Part shown: one piece after another, positions 9,701 through 18,202 of the stretch
How positions within the stretch are numbered: the first letter of the stretch is position 1
How the letters are laid out: each line of letters begins with the position of its first letter
NCBI GenBank assembly: GCA_946965045.2
Contig: OX337228.1
Coordinates: forward strand, 6,076,001 to 6,140,000
Length of the DNA: 64,000 nucleotides
From: Epithemia pelagica
Lineage: Eukaryota; Protista; Bacillariophyta
Direction: 5' to 3'
Notes under the pieces: model-generated
What the model saw: only the letters and a program-made list of their open reading frames with translations
What the model was told of the DNA's origin: nothing
Database searches by the model: none
Position numbers and translations under genes: made by a program

Positions 9701-12357
9701 AATCACCCAAATGCACCGACAACGAACTCTATGCAGCACTTGAAAAGAAGAACAAAGTTCATACTCGAACTATGGCTAACAGTCCCTTCAATCGCGTAGA
9801 CTCTTGGGCTTACTACCACTCAATCTACTTGCCCAGTATGACTTATCCTCTTCCCTCATCCACACTGTCGGATTCGAACTGTCGGTCATTACAATGTTCT
9901 TTCAAGCAAGTGTTCTTACCCAAGTACGGATTTAACCGCAACACTCCCAACGCTGTGGTATACGGTCCTGCGGAATATGGAGGTTTGGCATTACGAGATT
10001 TATCCGTGGAAAAGAGCGTCAGCCAGCTCTATCTCTTTCTCGCTTGCGTACGATCTCAAGGAGTCGCTTCGAAATTAGCTTTAATCGCAGTGTCATGGGG
10101 ACAATTCTTGGCAGGTATAAGCAAACCGATTCTCCAGCATGTCGATATTCGTTTGCCCCACATGGAACCTATGGTCTGGGTACCACAAGTCCGAAACTTT
10201 TTGTCATCAGTCAAATGTACTGTTGAGTTGGCAACTACTTTTGTTCCACCTCTCCAGCGCCACGGAGATAGCTTTCTTATGGATCATGCAATTTCACAGA
10301 ACTTCACCGACACCGAGCTGTGTCTCGTTAATGCATGTCGACTCTACTTGGGTGTCACTCTCATGAGTGATATCGTGACTGCTGACGGAAGATATCTATC
10401 CTTGTTTGCTGTTGATTGTTCTCGGGATACGCACTCACGAACCAAAGGACTACTGCCTTACCAAACCAATCCAAGTCGGAAAGCTTGGGTGTTATGGAAA
10501 AGACTGATGCTGACTTTTACTGCCCCCGGTTCCTTGAAACGTCTGCTTAACCCACTTGGTGCATGGCTGGTAACTGGCCACAACACATACCGCCACTGGA
10601 AGGAGTATTTAGACCCATCAACATACTCTCTTTACGTACAGGTCGAGGACCGGTTTGAAAGATTTACCTACCAACGTCCCTACTTCTTTCCCACCACATC
10701 GCTGGTTTCTATGCTACCACCGCAATGCTTGCCAGCGCAGAGCGTACACCACAATGGCCGACGAACTCTTCTACCTTTCTCTCCAGCGGTGATAACCCCA
10801 CCTGTGGCCAATCCACTCAATCTGTCTAGCCATATCTCGGAACTGGACGACTGGGAATCCCAACTGCTCACTGGACATGATATTCTTTGTTCTCTTGACA
10901 TTCTACATCAGGAGCTGTTTCATAGCAATCTACAACTTCTCCTATGTAGCGACGGATCCGCTGCGCAATTTCGTGGCACATTCGGTTGCGTTGGGTGTTC
11001 ACTTCAAGGTGTCAGGCTTTTTCGTCTCAGTGGTCCTGCTCCCGGTTATCGAACCTCGTCTTTCCGGTCGGAAAGCTACGGTTGTCTCAGTATTCTTCGC
11101 TTTCTATTTCGTCTGTTTGAATTTTATGCCCAACCTTTACCTGAGGCTGTCACAGTGTATACCGATTCTAAGAGTCTCATCCAAACAATACACAAGCGGC
11201 TCGAATGGTCGTACGACTTTACTTACTCTACAATGAATCCCGATTGGGATATTCAACAAGCAATTTCCTCTACTGTTCGACAATTCCCTCAAATCCCAGC
11301 TTTCCTCCATGTAAAGGGCCATCAAGACAATCATGCCGATTCGTCAACTCTCTCTCTCCCAGCCCAATTGAACATTGAAGCCGACTCCCTTGCCTCTTCT
11401 TATATCTACCCACCAACTATTTCATCGCGCATTGCCCCTCTTATTGGGGGTGCAACAGCTCTCCTACATGGTCCCTACGGTACGATCAACTCTAACTACC
11501 GGTCTATTCTCCGTACCTTGGCGTCAGCTCCTTCTCTACATGACTACCTATGCAACAAACACGAATGGTCCCCTGAAACTTTCCAATCTATTGACTGGGA
11601 ATCTCATGGTATTGTTGTCCGTTCTCATTTCTCGCGCCGACATTTTCTCATCAAGTTTCTACATCAATGGCTTCCTCTCGGTCATCTACGTTCGCGGTAC
11701 GCTTCGTATTATTCTGATAGCTGTCCTTCTTGTTCAGAACCTACGCATGAAGATCAAGATCACTTTCTCCGTTGTCCTAATCGACCATGGTTAGGCGCTC
11801 TTCTCGACGCTCTCCGTGATTTCTGGCAAGATCATCATGTCGACCCCTCTCTTCGTTCCCTTCTCGCCGAATATCTACATTCTTGGTTCTCATCTTCCCC
11901 TCCTTCACCTCTCCCTCCGACTTCACCTTTTTATACTCTGCAACGCACTCAACTACAAATTGGACTCGATCAACTGATTCTCGGTCGGTTTTCTCTCCTC
12001 TGGTCGACTCATCAAGACTCCTTCTCCGCTTCCTCTCCTGACACTGCAATCTCTGGTCCCCGATTCGTTACGGGTACGATCAAGATCGTTTGGGCACATA
12101 CCTATAAACTGTGGCTCACTCGGAATGAAGCTCTACATGGCTCGACTCTTCAGACTCAAGAAACCGCTGCTTACGACCAAGCGAAATGTGAAGTTGCCGC
12201 CTTGTACGCCATCCGCCATACTGTTCTCCCTCGTGACGCATCACTCTTCTATGACTCTCTTGACACACATTTCTCTATCGATACGACTTCTGTTGCTCTC
12301 CGTTCATGGCTCAACACTTGGAGACCGGTCATCCTACAATCTGCCAACCACACCTAG
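6793..12357 (+). CDS. LINE ORF2 polyprotein: APE endonuclease, reverse transcriptase, RNase H and Cys/His knuckle (first ATG at 6994)
   Basis: APE motifs: RIFCKNPNG, WGINET, VILMGDFNE, RIDYIL, DHRNM. RT motifs: LRVIHLYEQDYN, DYDATACYDRI, GSGQGAGNSPAIW, GFVDDS. RNase H motifs: CSDGSA, RSESYG, YTDSKS, HVKGHQD, NIEADSLA. C-terminal CPSC..EDQDHFLRC. The frame is open from 6754 (TAA at 6751-6753). Confidence 0.93.
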   Translation, partial: NIYRIFCKNPNGLTIDSQGGDFAELCEEIHDLEADTWGINETKLDTTNTKCKEILFKTVQQHFEQSRMVLSSSVIPSPRRSFYKPGGTLLATRGHMSGRVVCQGNDKLGRWSYQILSGRGQKSVTIITAYQVCSQPLIDSTTNRIRSFTASAQQISLLRQAGRDITPRVAFIEDLNKFIEARQSQQSEVILMGDFNEALGDSMTGMSKLQSDRGLVDLMYQLTGSSTFGTHVSGLERIDYILCTPNAAQAALTGCYEPFQKRGRGDHRNMVVDFDVVELFGNETPALGPMSARGFTSKDRSTNRQYIESKHEFLTRHNFGPRLQQLRETWDPNLAERLDKDFQRAGNYAAKRCTKKPRSIPFSRELAELRVQKNTLLKVISSIRLNRNFDAGLQHTTRHGHSFLVPDSMEECQTQLRSVQRRISEITKTAVFRRQNELKLALDEATKTGDTKTSKAIKHRMAAERTKAMYDKLRKCRGSTKNGITRLDVPRDENDMDYATCRDWITIDTPSEIETRLLQRNRRHFGQAENTYPTIPPFSEWVDWGASSHTAELILEGNWEPPDIDELSQSMISHMKARVELDSVQGGLTKEEWIGKIKAWPESTTTSPSGFHLGHSKVLIAPTDLDQQSQSTEYEALEHKREDLIDWQVGLLNTALLNSYCYERWKHIVNVMILKQPGNLKIHRLRVIHLYEQDYNLVLATKWKKMISHCSNQQVLNPSQFGGVPGKDAVIPTFIEEMQYEISRASKRPLVHMDYDATACYDRIVMNFGSLASRAFGQHRSITFINAKTLAEAKYYLKTKLGVSERFYKHCQIFPIYGSGQGAGNSPAIWCVISCVLFDVYEEKAHGATFESPCGKYKTKIYMIGFVDDSSGSTNEFALPTQAPLDSYISKATHDAQRWNDTLSLSGGALNLEKCTYHFMHYTFSVDGLPNLQAGRCGPDVTIHLHGTDQPQKLRQLSSYACHKTLGVQKSPKCTDNELYAALEKKNKVHTRTMANSPFNRVDSWAYYHSIYLPSMTYPLPSSTLSDSNCRSLQCSFKQVFLPKYGFNRNTPNAVVYGPAEYGGLALRDLSVEKSVSQLYLFLACVRSQGVASKLALIAVSWGQFLAGISKPILQHVDIRLPHMEPMVWVPQVRNFLSSVKCTVELATTFVPPLQRHGDSFLMDHAISQNFTDTELCLVNACRLYLGVTLMSDIVTADGRYLSLFAVDCSRDTHSRTKGLLPYQTNPSRKAWVLWKRLMLTFTAPGSLKRLLNPLGAWLVTGHNTYRHWKEYLDPSTYSLYVQVEDRFERFTYQRPYFFPTTSLVSMLPPQCLPAQSVHHNGRRTLLPFSPAVITPPVANPLNLSSHISELDDWESQLLTGHDILCSLDILHQELFHSNLQLLLCSDGSAAQFRGTFGCVGCSLQGVRLFRLSGPAPGYRTSSFRSESYGCLSILRFLFRLFEFYAQPLPEAVTVYTDSKSLIQTIHKRLEWSYDFTYSTMNPDWDIQQAISSTVRQFPQIPAFLHVKGHQDNHADSSTLSLPAQLNIEADSLASSYIYPPTISSRIAPLIGGATALLHGPYGTINSNYRSILRTLASAPSLHDYLCNKHEWSPETFQSIDWESHGIVVRSHFSRRHFLIKFLHQWLPLGHLRSRYASYYSDSCPSCSEPTHEDQDHFLRCPNRPWLGALLDALRDFWQDHHVDPSLRSLLAEYLHSWFSSSPPSPLPPTSPFYTLQRTQLQIGLDQLILGRFSLLWSTHQDSFSASSPDTAISGPRFVTGTIKIVWAHTYKLWLTRNEALHGSTLQTQETAAYDQAKCEVAALYAIRHTVLPRDASLFYDSLDTHFSIDTTSVALRSWLNTWRPVILQSANHT

Positions 12358-12472
12358 TTTGCTACATGTTTCTGCATTACAGTTAGTCCTCGCCTTCGTT
12401 AGCTCGGAGGCCCGGCGCGTCGGTCGGCGATATCCTAGCTGGATACGTGCGGCAGCGTTAAAATAGACTGTT

Positions 12473-12508
<36 letters not shown>
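6793..12508 (+). mobile_element. Non-LTR retrotransposon (LINE), 5,716 bp, probably 5'-truncated; APE-RT-RNaseH layout like the Ambal clade of diatoms
   Basis: Flanked by a perfect 12-bp TSD. It has one uninterrupted ORF, a 117-bp 3' UTR and a T34 tail (12475-12508). No ORF1 is present. Confidence 0.92.
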
Positions 12509-12520
12509 CGTTCTCAATTC
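12509..12520 (+). repeat. Right target-site duplication CGTTCTCAATTC
   Basis: Identical to 6781-6792. Confidence 0.93.
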
Positions 12521-13019
12521 CTGCGAACCTGTTGGGCCACACTGTATGGATGGTTGCTTAGGCAAAGGTTTCGGCACTGCGTGCGCTGAACGGATCTCCG
12601 CTCGTGAGTTTGGGGGATGTAGAGGATTGTTATTGTATGAGATGGGCCGGCGCATCTCATGCATGTGTCCACGTGTATTCTCCCTAAGTATGCCCTACCG
12701 GGATTTGCGTCGTCGTCCCCCAACCAATCGTGATACATTTTTGGGAGTTGGAAAGTTTATACCGACGACCGGGAGGGCACTATCGCTGACCATGGCGCAC
12801 CCTTGGTAACAATTCGAAGAAGACAGAGAATAGATTGGCATTCAACAAATCGTGTCAACAACAGCCAATTCGATTGTTTCATGGTCAACGTCTCTTGAAT
12901 TGAGAATTTGCAAACAGCAAGGCTCGAGTCGAGATTCCATTCTTTTGTCCAAGCACCAACGGTGAGAGCACGCCCCCTTGCACCACAAGCACAAACAAAC
13001 ACATACTTGTTACAACACC

Positions 13020-13922
13020 ATGGTTTTGGACGGAACCTTTTATGCCAGTGCTGTGGCCTCGATCATGATGAATGGGATGTGTTGTATGTGGCAGATGCAA
13101 GAAGAAGAAGAACGACGCGATGCGATTCGTCGTGATATTCGAGTGGAATACGAACGACAGCGGTTGCAAGAACGGGAACTGTGGGAGCAAATGAACGAGA
13201 ATCATCGTCGTCGCCATGCCAGTTTTTATTCTGATTATTCTTCTCATCGAGAACAACAAGACGGTTTTGTGAGAGAATCCTCCTTTTCTTCCTCGGTGGA
13301 CGGACGACGGTGTAAACTGGTGGCCGAAAAACGGCAATTGTCGGCCGACATTCAAAAGGCCATTCGACGGACCCAGTCAGAACAAGACTCGCCCACGGAA
13401 GATTTGAGTAGTAGTAGTAGTAGTACTACTACTCCGAACGTGTTGCAAACCATTGAGCCTTTGAGGAAGGACGACGCACACAACCACAAGGATCGACCCA
13501 TGCATCCACAACAGAGATTGTTGAGAATGCCCTTCCCACCCAAACCTATTCCACGTGCTCGAACGCGTTGCCTCAAGAAATCCGTGGCATCCTTATCCTC
13601 TTCGTTGGGACGTCGTGTGCGCTCTGTTCCAGTGGTATCATCTACAGTACGACGACTGGTACCCAGTACACCCAAACCATCCTCACCATCCGTGTCCACG
13701 ACAACCGTGACAAGTAGCAGAAGCAGCAGCATTCGTAGCAATCATTCTCAGGAACCGTCGATTGAAGTCATGGCAGAGGATTCGGCGACTCGATGTCGTC
13801 GCACCGTATCTCTCAGCGAAACCATGATTGTCTGCTTGTTGGACAAGGATTCTGCCGTGAATGCCGGCGTAGACGAGGAAGAGGAGGAGAATAGTTCGCT
13901 GGAGGATATTCCACTCCAATAA
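13020..13922 (+). CDS. Hypothetical low-complexity protein with a charged coiled-coil N-terminus and S/T/R-rich C-terminus
   Basis: About 300-codon ORF from the ATG at 13020. Includes MQEEEERRDAIRRDIRVEYERQR. No recognisable domain. Confidence 0.6.
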   Translation: MVLDGTFYASAVASIMMNGMCCMWQMQEEEERRDAIRRDIRVEYERQRLQERELWEQMNENHRRRHASFYSDYSSHREQQDGFVRESSFSSSVDGRRCKLVAEKRQLSADIQKAIRRTQSEQDSPTEDLSSSSSSTTTPNVLQTIEPLRKDDAHNHKDRPMHPQQRLLRMPFPPKPIPRARTRCLKKSVASLSSSLGRRVRSVPVVSSTVRRLVPSTPKPSSPSVSTTTVTSSRSSSIRSNHSQEPSIEVMAEDSATRCRRTVSLSETMIVCLLDKDSAVNAGVDEEEEENSSLEDIPLQ

Positions 13923-14328
13923 AAGGACTCGTGCTGTTGGAGAAATGCTTTCAGATGGTGTTGTTTTTGTTTCATGGTTTTGTAGAAAGATGTCTAAAAT
14001 TAAACGAGTAACAGTAAGACTAGATTCCGGGGATATGTTGACAGAATAGACATGGTAGCTTTCGGTCGCAGATCCTCAATCAATGGCGTTGGCATTAATG
14101 CGCTGTATGTAGAGGCCGACTTTGGATGTCATGCTCATTGCTCATGGAGTAGGCAACACCAAGAGGAAGAGCACATTGACTAAGCAAGGAGTCATAGAAA
14201 AGGAAATTCGCACTTTTGTCGACCATAAGAGGCGTGAGTCGAGTTGACTTTGGAACTCTCCGAGATCCAACCATTGCTGCCATCAACCACACTGTCACTA
14301 GAGTGTGTATATTCATTCTGTTGCAGCC

Positions 14329-16227
14329 ATGGCTTCGGTTCGTACCAAAGATCCTCTGGGAACAGGGTTGAAGATTCAGGAATCACACAAACAACCCATT
14401 TATTGTTTGGATTGGTCCATGGATCTCTATGAAGAAGACGAAGAGGAGGAACTGTATCGCAAAGAACAACCAGAGATTCGGCCACATGAGACAACCACTA
14501 CTAGCTCTGCCAATGGCAAAATGCCAGGAAGTCGAACAAAACCCCTTGATGATGCGGCAGATGACAACATGTCTCGTGAGAACCGTTATGCCAAGCCAGG
14601 CTTTCGGACGTCGACCTATCGTGTTTTGGCCTCCTGTTCGGGTCGATTTGTCAATGTCTACCAGTTGAAAACACCCCAGCAACAACAACCAACAGGAATG
14701 CCGGCAGCCAAAGGATCACGTGGAAGCAGTGGTAGTAGCAGCAACAACAATGAGCCTCTCACCTTGATTCAATCCTATATCGATGCCGATAACAAAGAGG
14801 ATTATTATACCTGTGTTTTTGCCGGTCGATGCATGGCATTGGATCAAGAACCATCACCACAATCGCAACGAGGACAGCAACAACAAGACCATCCTCGGGC
14901 CCCTGCCTTTGCCCAACAAGTAGATCGAGACTCTCGTCGTCCCACAAAACTCAGAAGAGGCAATTCTCAGGAAGCCACTGTATTGCATTCATCGAGAACC
15001 AAGACCAGTCACTCCAAAGCTGAAACGGCTTCTGAACCATGTGCCTCGTCTTCGGCCTCTCGTTTGTGGCCCTTGAGTGGTGCCACTGGAACCGGTCCTC
15101 AATACCTGTGTGTGGCCGGTACCAAGGGGACGATCAAATTGATTGATGTGTTGCGACAACGATTGGCCGCAACCTTGGTGGGACATGGCTTTGAAATTTA
15201 CGATCTCAAACGTTGTCCCACCGATGAATTCCTCTGGGCCAGTGCCTCCAAGGACAATACAGCACGATTGTGGAATTTGAAAACTGGTGCACAAGTGGCC
15301 GTTGTCTCGGGTCATGAAGGTCATTTGGACGATATCGTGTCCTTGGCGTGGCATCCTTCCGGCAATGTGTTGGCCACCGGGTCCATGGATACGTCGGTCA
15401 AATTGTGGTATGTCGGACCGGGAACTGGCGTGCGACGAGCGATTAAGCGGAGTCATGCGGCCGCTCACGAATTTTGGACCAACGCGGTTCAACATACTAC
15501 GGAAACACGAACGGTGGAAGTGCAGGTTCCCATTTTCACGACATACCAGTTGCATTTCTACTGTGTGGATTGTGTCCACTTCTTGGGCGATTGGATGTTG
15601 AGTCGATCTCAGGAAGATAGTGTGGTCCTTTGGGAACCCCAGTATCCACCGCCCAACATTGCCACTAAGACTGAACTTGCCACAAACCCGCGTGGACCGA
15701 TGAATCCGATGGTGGAAGAAGACAAGGATGAAATCATGATTGTGGAAGAAAAAGATGATGAGATCGATACGACGTGCGATCCCTTCACGTCATGCAGCAT
15801 GACACCAGCCATGATTCGTCGACGCAAGGAGTTGCCCTATCCAGTGCCGAACCAGTTGAAGCATTTACGGACCTACAAAATACCACAAAGCCAATATTGG
15901 TTTATTCGCTTTGGAGTCGACCACCAAGGCCGAACCCTGGTGACAGGCAATGCTTCCGGTGAAATTTATATTTTCAAAATCGCCTCCAAATCCAGGCTGC
16001 CCATTCGGGTCATGGATGGGAAACCTCGGAAATATGCCACTGTCCGATGTATTTCCTTTTCGCCGGACGACGATGTCATGGTTGCTGCCACAGATTTGGG
16101 AGAAATCTGGAAATGGCCCGTCCGACGAGAAAAACAACCCGTGACGACGGGGGCCACGGCCAGTGCTTCACGCACAACCAACAGCAACAAGGTACCAGCA
16201 TCTTCCATTCAAGTTCAGTCTAGCTAG
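14329..16227 (+). CDS. EED: Polycomb PRC2 WD40 subunit EED/ESC/FIE homolog
   Basis: Motifs matching the EED/FIE pattern: HKQPIYCLDW, YIDADNKEDYYTCVF, LVGHGFEIYDLK, ASASKDNTARLWNL, GHLDDIVSLAWH, TGSMDTSVKLW, LHFYCVDCVHFLGDWMLSRS, YWFIRF. Confidence 0.85.
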   Translation: MASVRTKDPLGTGLKIQESHKQPIYCLDWSMDLYEEDEEEELYRKEQPEIRPHETTTTSSANGKMPGSRTKPLDDAADDNMSRENRYAKPGFRTSTYRVLASCSGRFVNVYQLKTPQQQQPTGMPAAKGSRGSSGSSSNNNEPLTLIQSYIDADNKEDYYTCVFAGRCMALDQEPSPQSQRGQQQQDHPRAPAFAQQVDRDSRRPTKLRRGNSQEATVLHSSRTKTSHSKAETASEPCASSSASRLWPLSGATGTGPQYLCVAGTKGTIKLIDVLRQRLAATLVGHGFEIYDLKRCPTDEFLWASASKDNTARLWNLKTGAQVAVVSGHEGHLDDIVSLAWHPSGNVLATGSMDTSVKLWYVGPGTGVRRAIKRSHAAAHEFWTNAVQHTTETRTVEVQVPIFTTYQLHFYCVDCVHFLGDWMLSRSQEDSVVLWEPQYPPPNIATKTELATNPRGPMNPMVEEDKDEIMIVEEKDDEIDTTCDPFTSCSMTPAMIRRRKELPYPVPNQLKHLRTYKIPQSQYWFIRFGVDHQGRTLVTGNASGEIYIFKIASKSRLPIRVMDGKPRKYATVRCISFSPDDDVMVAATDLGEIWKWPVRREKQPVTTGATASASRTTNSNKVPASSIQVQSS

Positions 16228-16363
16228 GTAAGATCAGGGGTGAGATATGAGAGTCGAGCTATATGGGAGTCGGTATGTAAGCCTATTGTGAGTACAACAA
16301 GCATCCGACCAAAGTTCATTTCATTGGAAGGAAACTAGGTAGGTAGATCGTCTGGTAGGTAGG

Positions 16364-17847
16364 TTAAAATCGTTGTGATTTCTGTCGACGTTTTTCTTGC
16401 ATCCGTTTGGAAAGACGCTGCACACGGACATCGACATTGTCCAAGGCCAATTCTGTTTTCAAATGAGTCAGCTCCTCGACCAAGCTTTCCACGTGTTCCT
16501 TGTCCAAGTGTTGTGTTGCCACACAATCCGCTTCAATGACGAAATCCCGTCGTGTCCGACGACCTGGCAGCTTTGGAGAGGATGATACATGATGTTCGCC
16601 ACTACCACTGACATGACGTTGAAGATCAGTCGTGACAGTTTCAATGCTCAATCCTTTGGCCAAGAGCGTCTCCGAAATAGAGGCCAACACGCCGGGTCTT
16701 ACGAGTCAAACCCGTAGAAACGCACAAGATAGAGAAGAAAGAGAAAGGGGCTCTCCCGTGAGACAATCGTGAAAGTACAACAGCTTTCTGCAAAAAGAGA
16801 GCAACTCCAAAACACTCGTTCAGCATGTGACTACACATACCGATCTTCTCCGACTGCTCGTACGCGAACTCCCAATTGCGGGGGTGCAACCATATTTTCC
16901 CGTTGGGTAACGTTTTTAAATTGGAGATTCAAGGGCTTCAAGCCCTTGTCCGCTCGGAGGACTTTGGTAAAGGCCCTTTCTTTTTCCGGTGGGACCGAGG
17001 CATGGAGCGTGATGATAAAATCGGCGCCCAATCGGACCATACGAGAATGGGTGATACTGCCGCCGGCATCGGCAATGGCCCGAGACAATTCAGCCACCCA
17101 TCCTGGTTTGTCCAATCCCCCGGCTGTAATCATGATATGCGACATGTTGGATTCCAATTCCACTGGTTGGGTAAACAAGGTCCCCAATCCTTCTTCCACC
17201 ATGTGCAGGGTTGCACCCGTAACGGCTCCACCAGCCACTTCAACGCCTCCTTTCACGTCTCCTCCCCGCATGGTGGACAAGATAATACTCCAGACAAGGG
17301 AGGTGGTGGCCACGGTGGGAATACGAGCCCACATTGGCATAAAGGCAAAATTGAACAAGGTGGCTGGAATCCAAATGGTCCAGAGAGCGAGCAGATCTTC
17401 CTTCATGTTTCTTTGATAATCCCTCAAGCATTGCATCAAGTTCGGATTGTCGCTGTGCATCACCAATTCTCGAGTACAGTAAAAGGCTGGGAAATACATG
17501 AAGGGATGATGAAGGCATTGATCGACCAAGACCTGCGCCACACATTCAAACATGCCCCGCGCATCCTTGAGTTTCTCGGCCAGACTCTTGGCCGCAAAGG
17601 TCTTGGCCGTCGGGAAGATACGACCAAACAGGGGCACATAAATAGAATACTGAACTCCACCCAGATAAATGAACCCAAAGGCCGCAAAGGCCATGTTTCG
17701 TTTCCAATCAATGGTTTCCCGTTGTTCGACCAACTTTTGCGCCATGAGATCCGATGCCGACGTCTTAAAGCCCGAAAACACCACGCCAAAGGCAAAGGGA
17801 TACTGCACAGGAATAGATCGAAGACGACTCAACACTGACGATGCCAT
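16364..17847 (-). CDS. Mpv17/PMP22-family membrane protein fused to two ACT domains; exons 17847-16841 and 16697-16364
   Basis: Mpv17 motifs: SDLMAQKLVE..IDWKRNMAF, DQCLHHPFMYFPAFY, LWTIWIPATLFNFAFMP. ACT motifs: ITAGGLDKPGWVAELSRAIADAGGSITHSRM and, across intron 16840-16698 (GTATGT..AAG), AVGEDRPGVLASISETLLAKGLSIE. Confidence 0.8.
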
Positions 17848-18202
17848 GATGAATGAACAATGATATATTATATATTCAAGGTCGAAACCAAGTGAAACCA
17901 ACCAAAACTTTGTCTTGGTCGCAATGTCCCTTGACGCAAGGAAGAATGAAGCATGCTGAATAAGCAAAGCTGGTTCCAAATTCCAAGTTCATCCGGCCAA
18001 ATCAACATCGTCTCGAAGAAAGCGGATGACGTCTTCCACTTCCGTTTCTGTTCCGGTACCAAGACCAAAGACCCGTCTGTCTGTCGCCACCATCCACCTC
18101 TTGTAGAGTCGTCTGTCCGCGCCCAAGGTGGAACGACGGAACCAATCAAAATCTCCACCATAATCCAAATCTAGGTAGAGGTATTCTCTCTTTTGCATCA
18201 CC

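Noticed and set aside
12386-12470. HDV-like ribozyme in the LINE 3' UTR (TCCTCGC matches the HDV L3 loop)
   Set aside because: I could not build convincing P1, P2 and P3 helices, and retroelement HDV-like ribozymes normally sit at the 5' end.
12475-12900. T34 as the poly(A) tail of a separate minus-strand SINE or retrogene to the right
   Set aside because: The 12-bp TSD immediately follows the T tract and matches the left flank of the LINE, so the tract belongs to the LINE insertion.
16876-17838. 320-aa plus-strand ORF and similar long overlapping ORFs (e.g. 25654-26373, 3916-4623, 40090-40737)
   Set aside because: They are antisense shadows of well-supported genes and carry no recognisable motifs.
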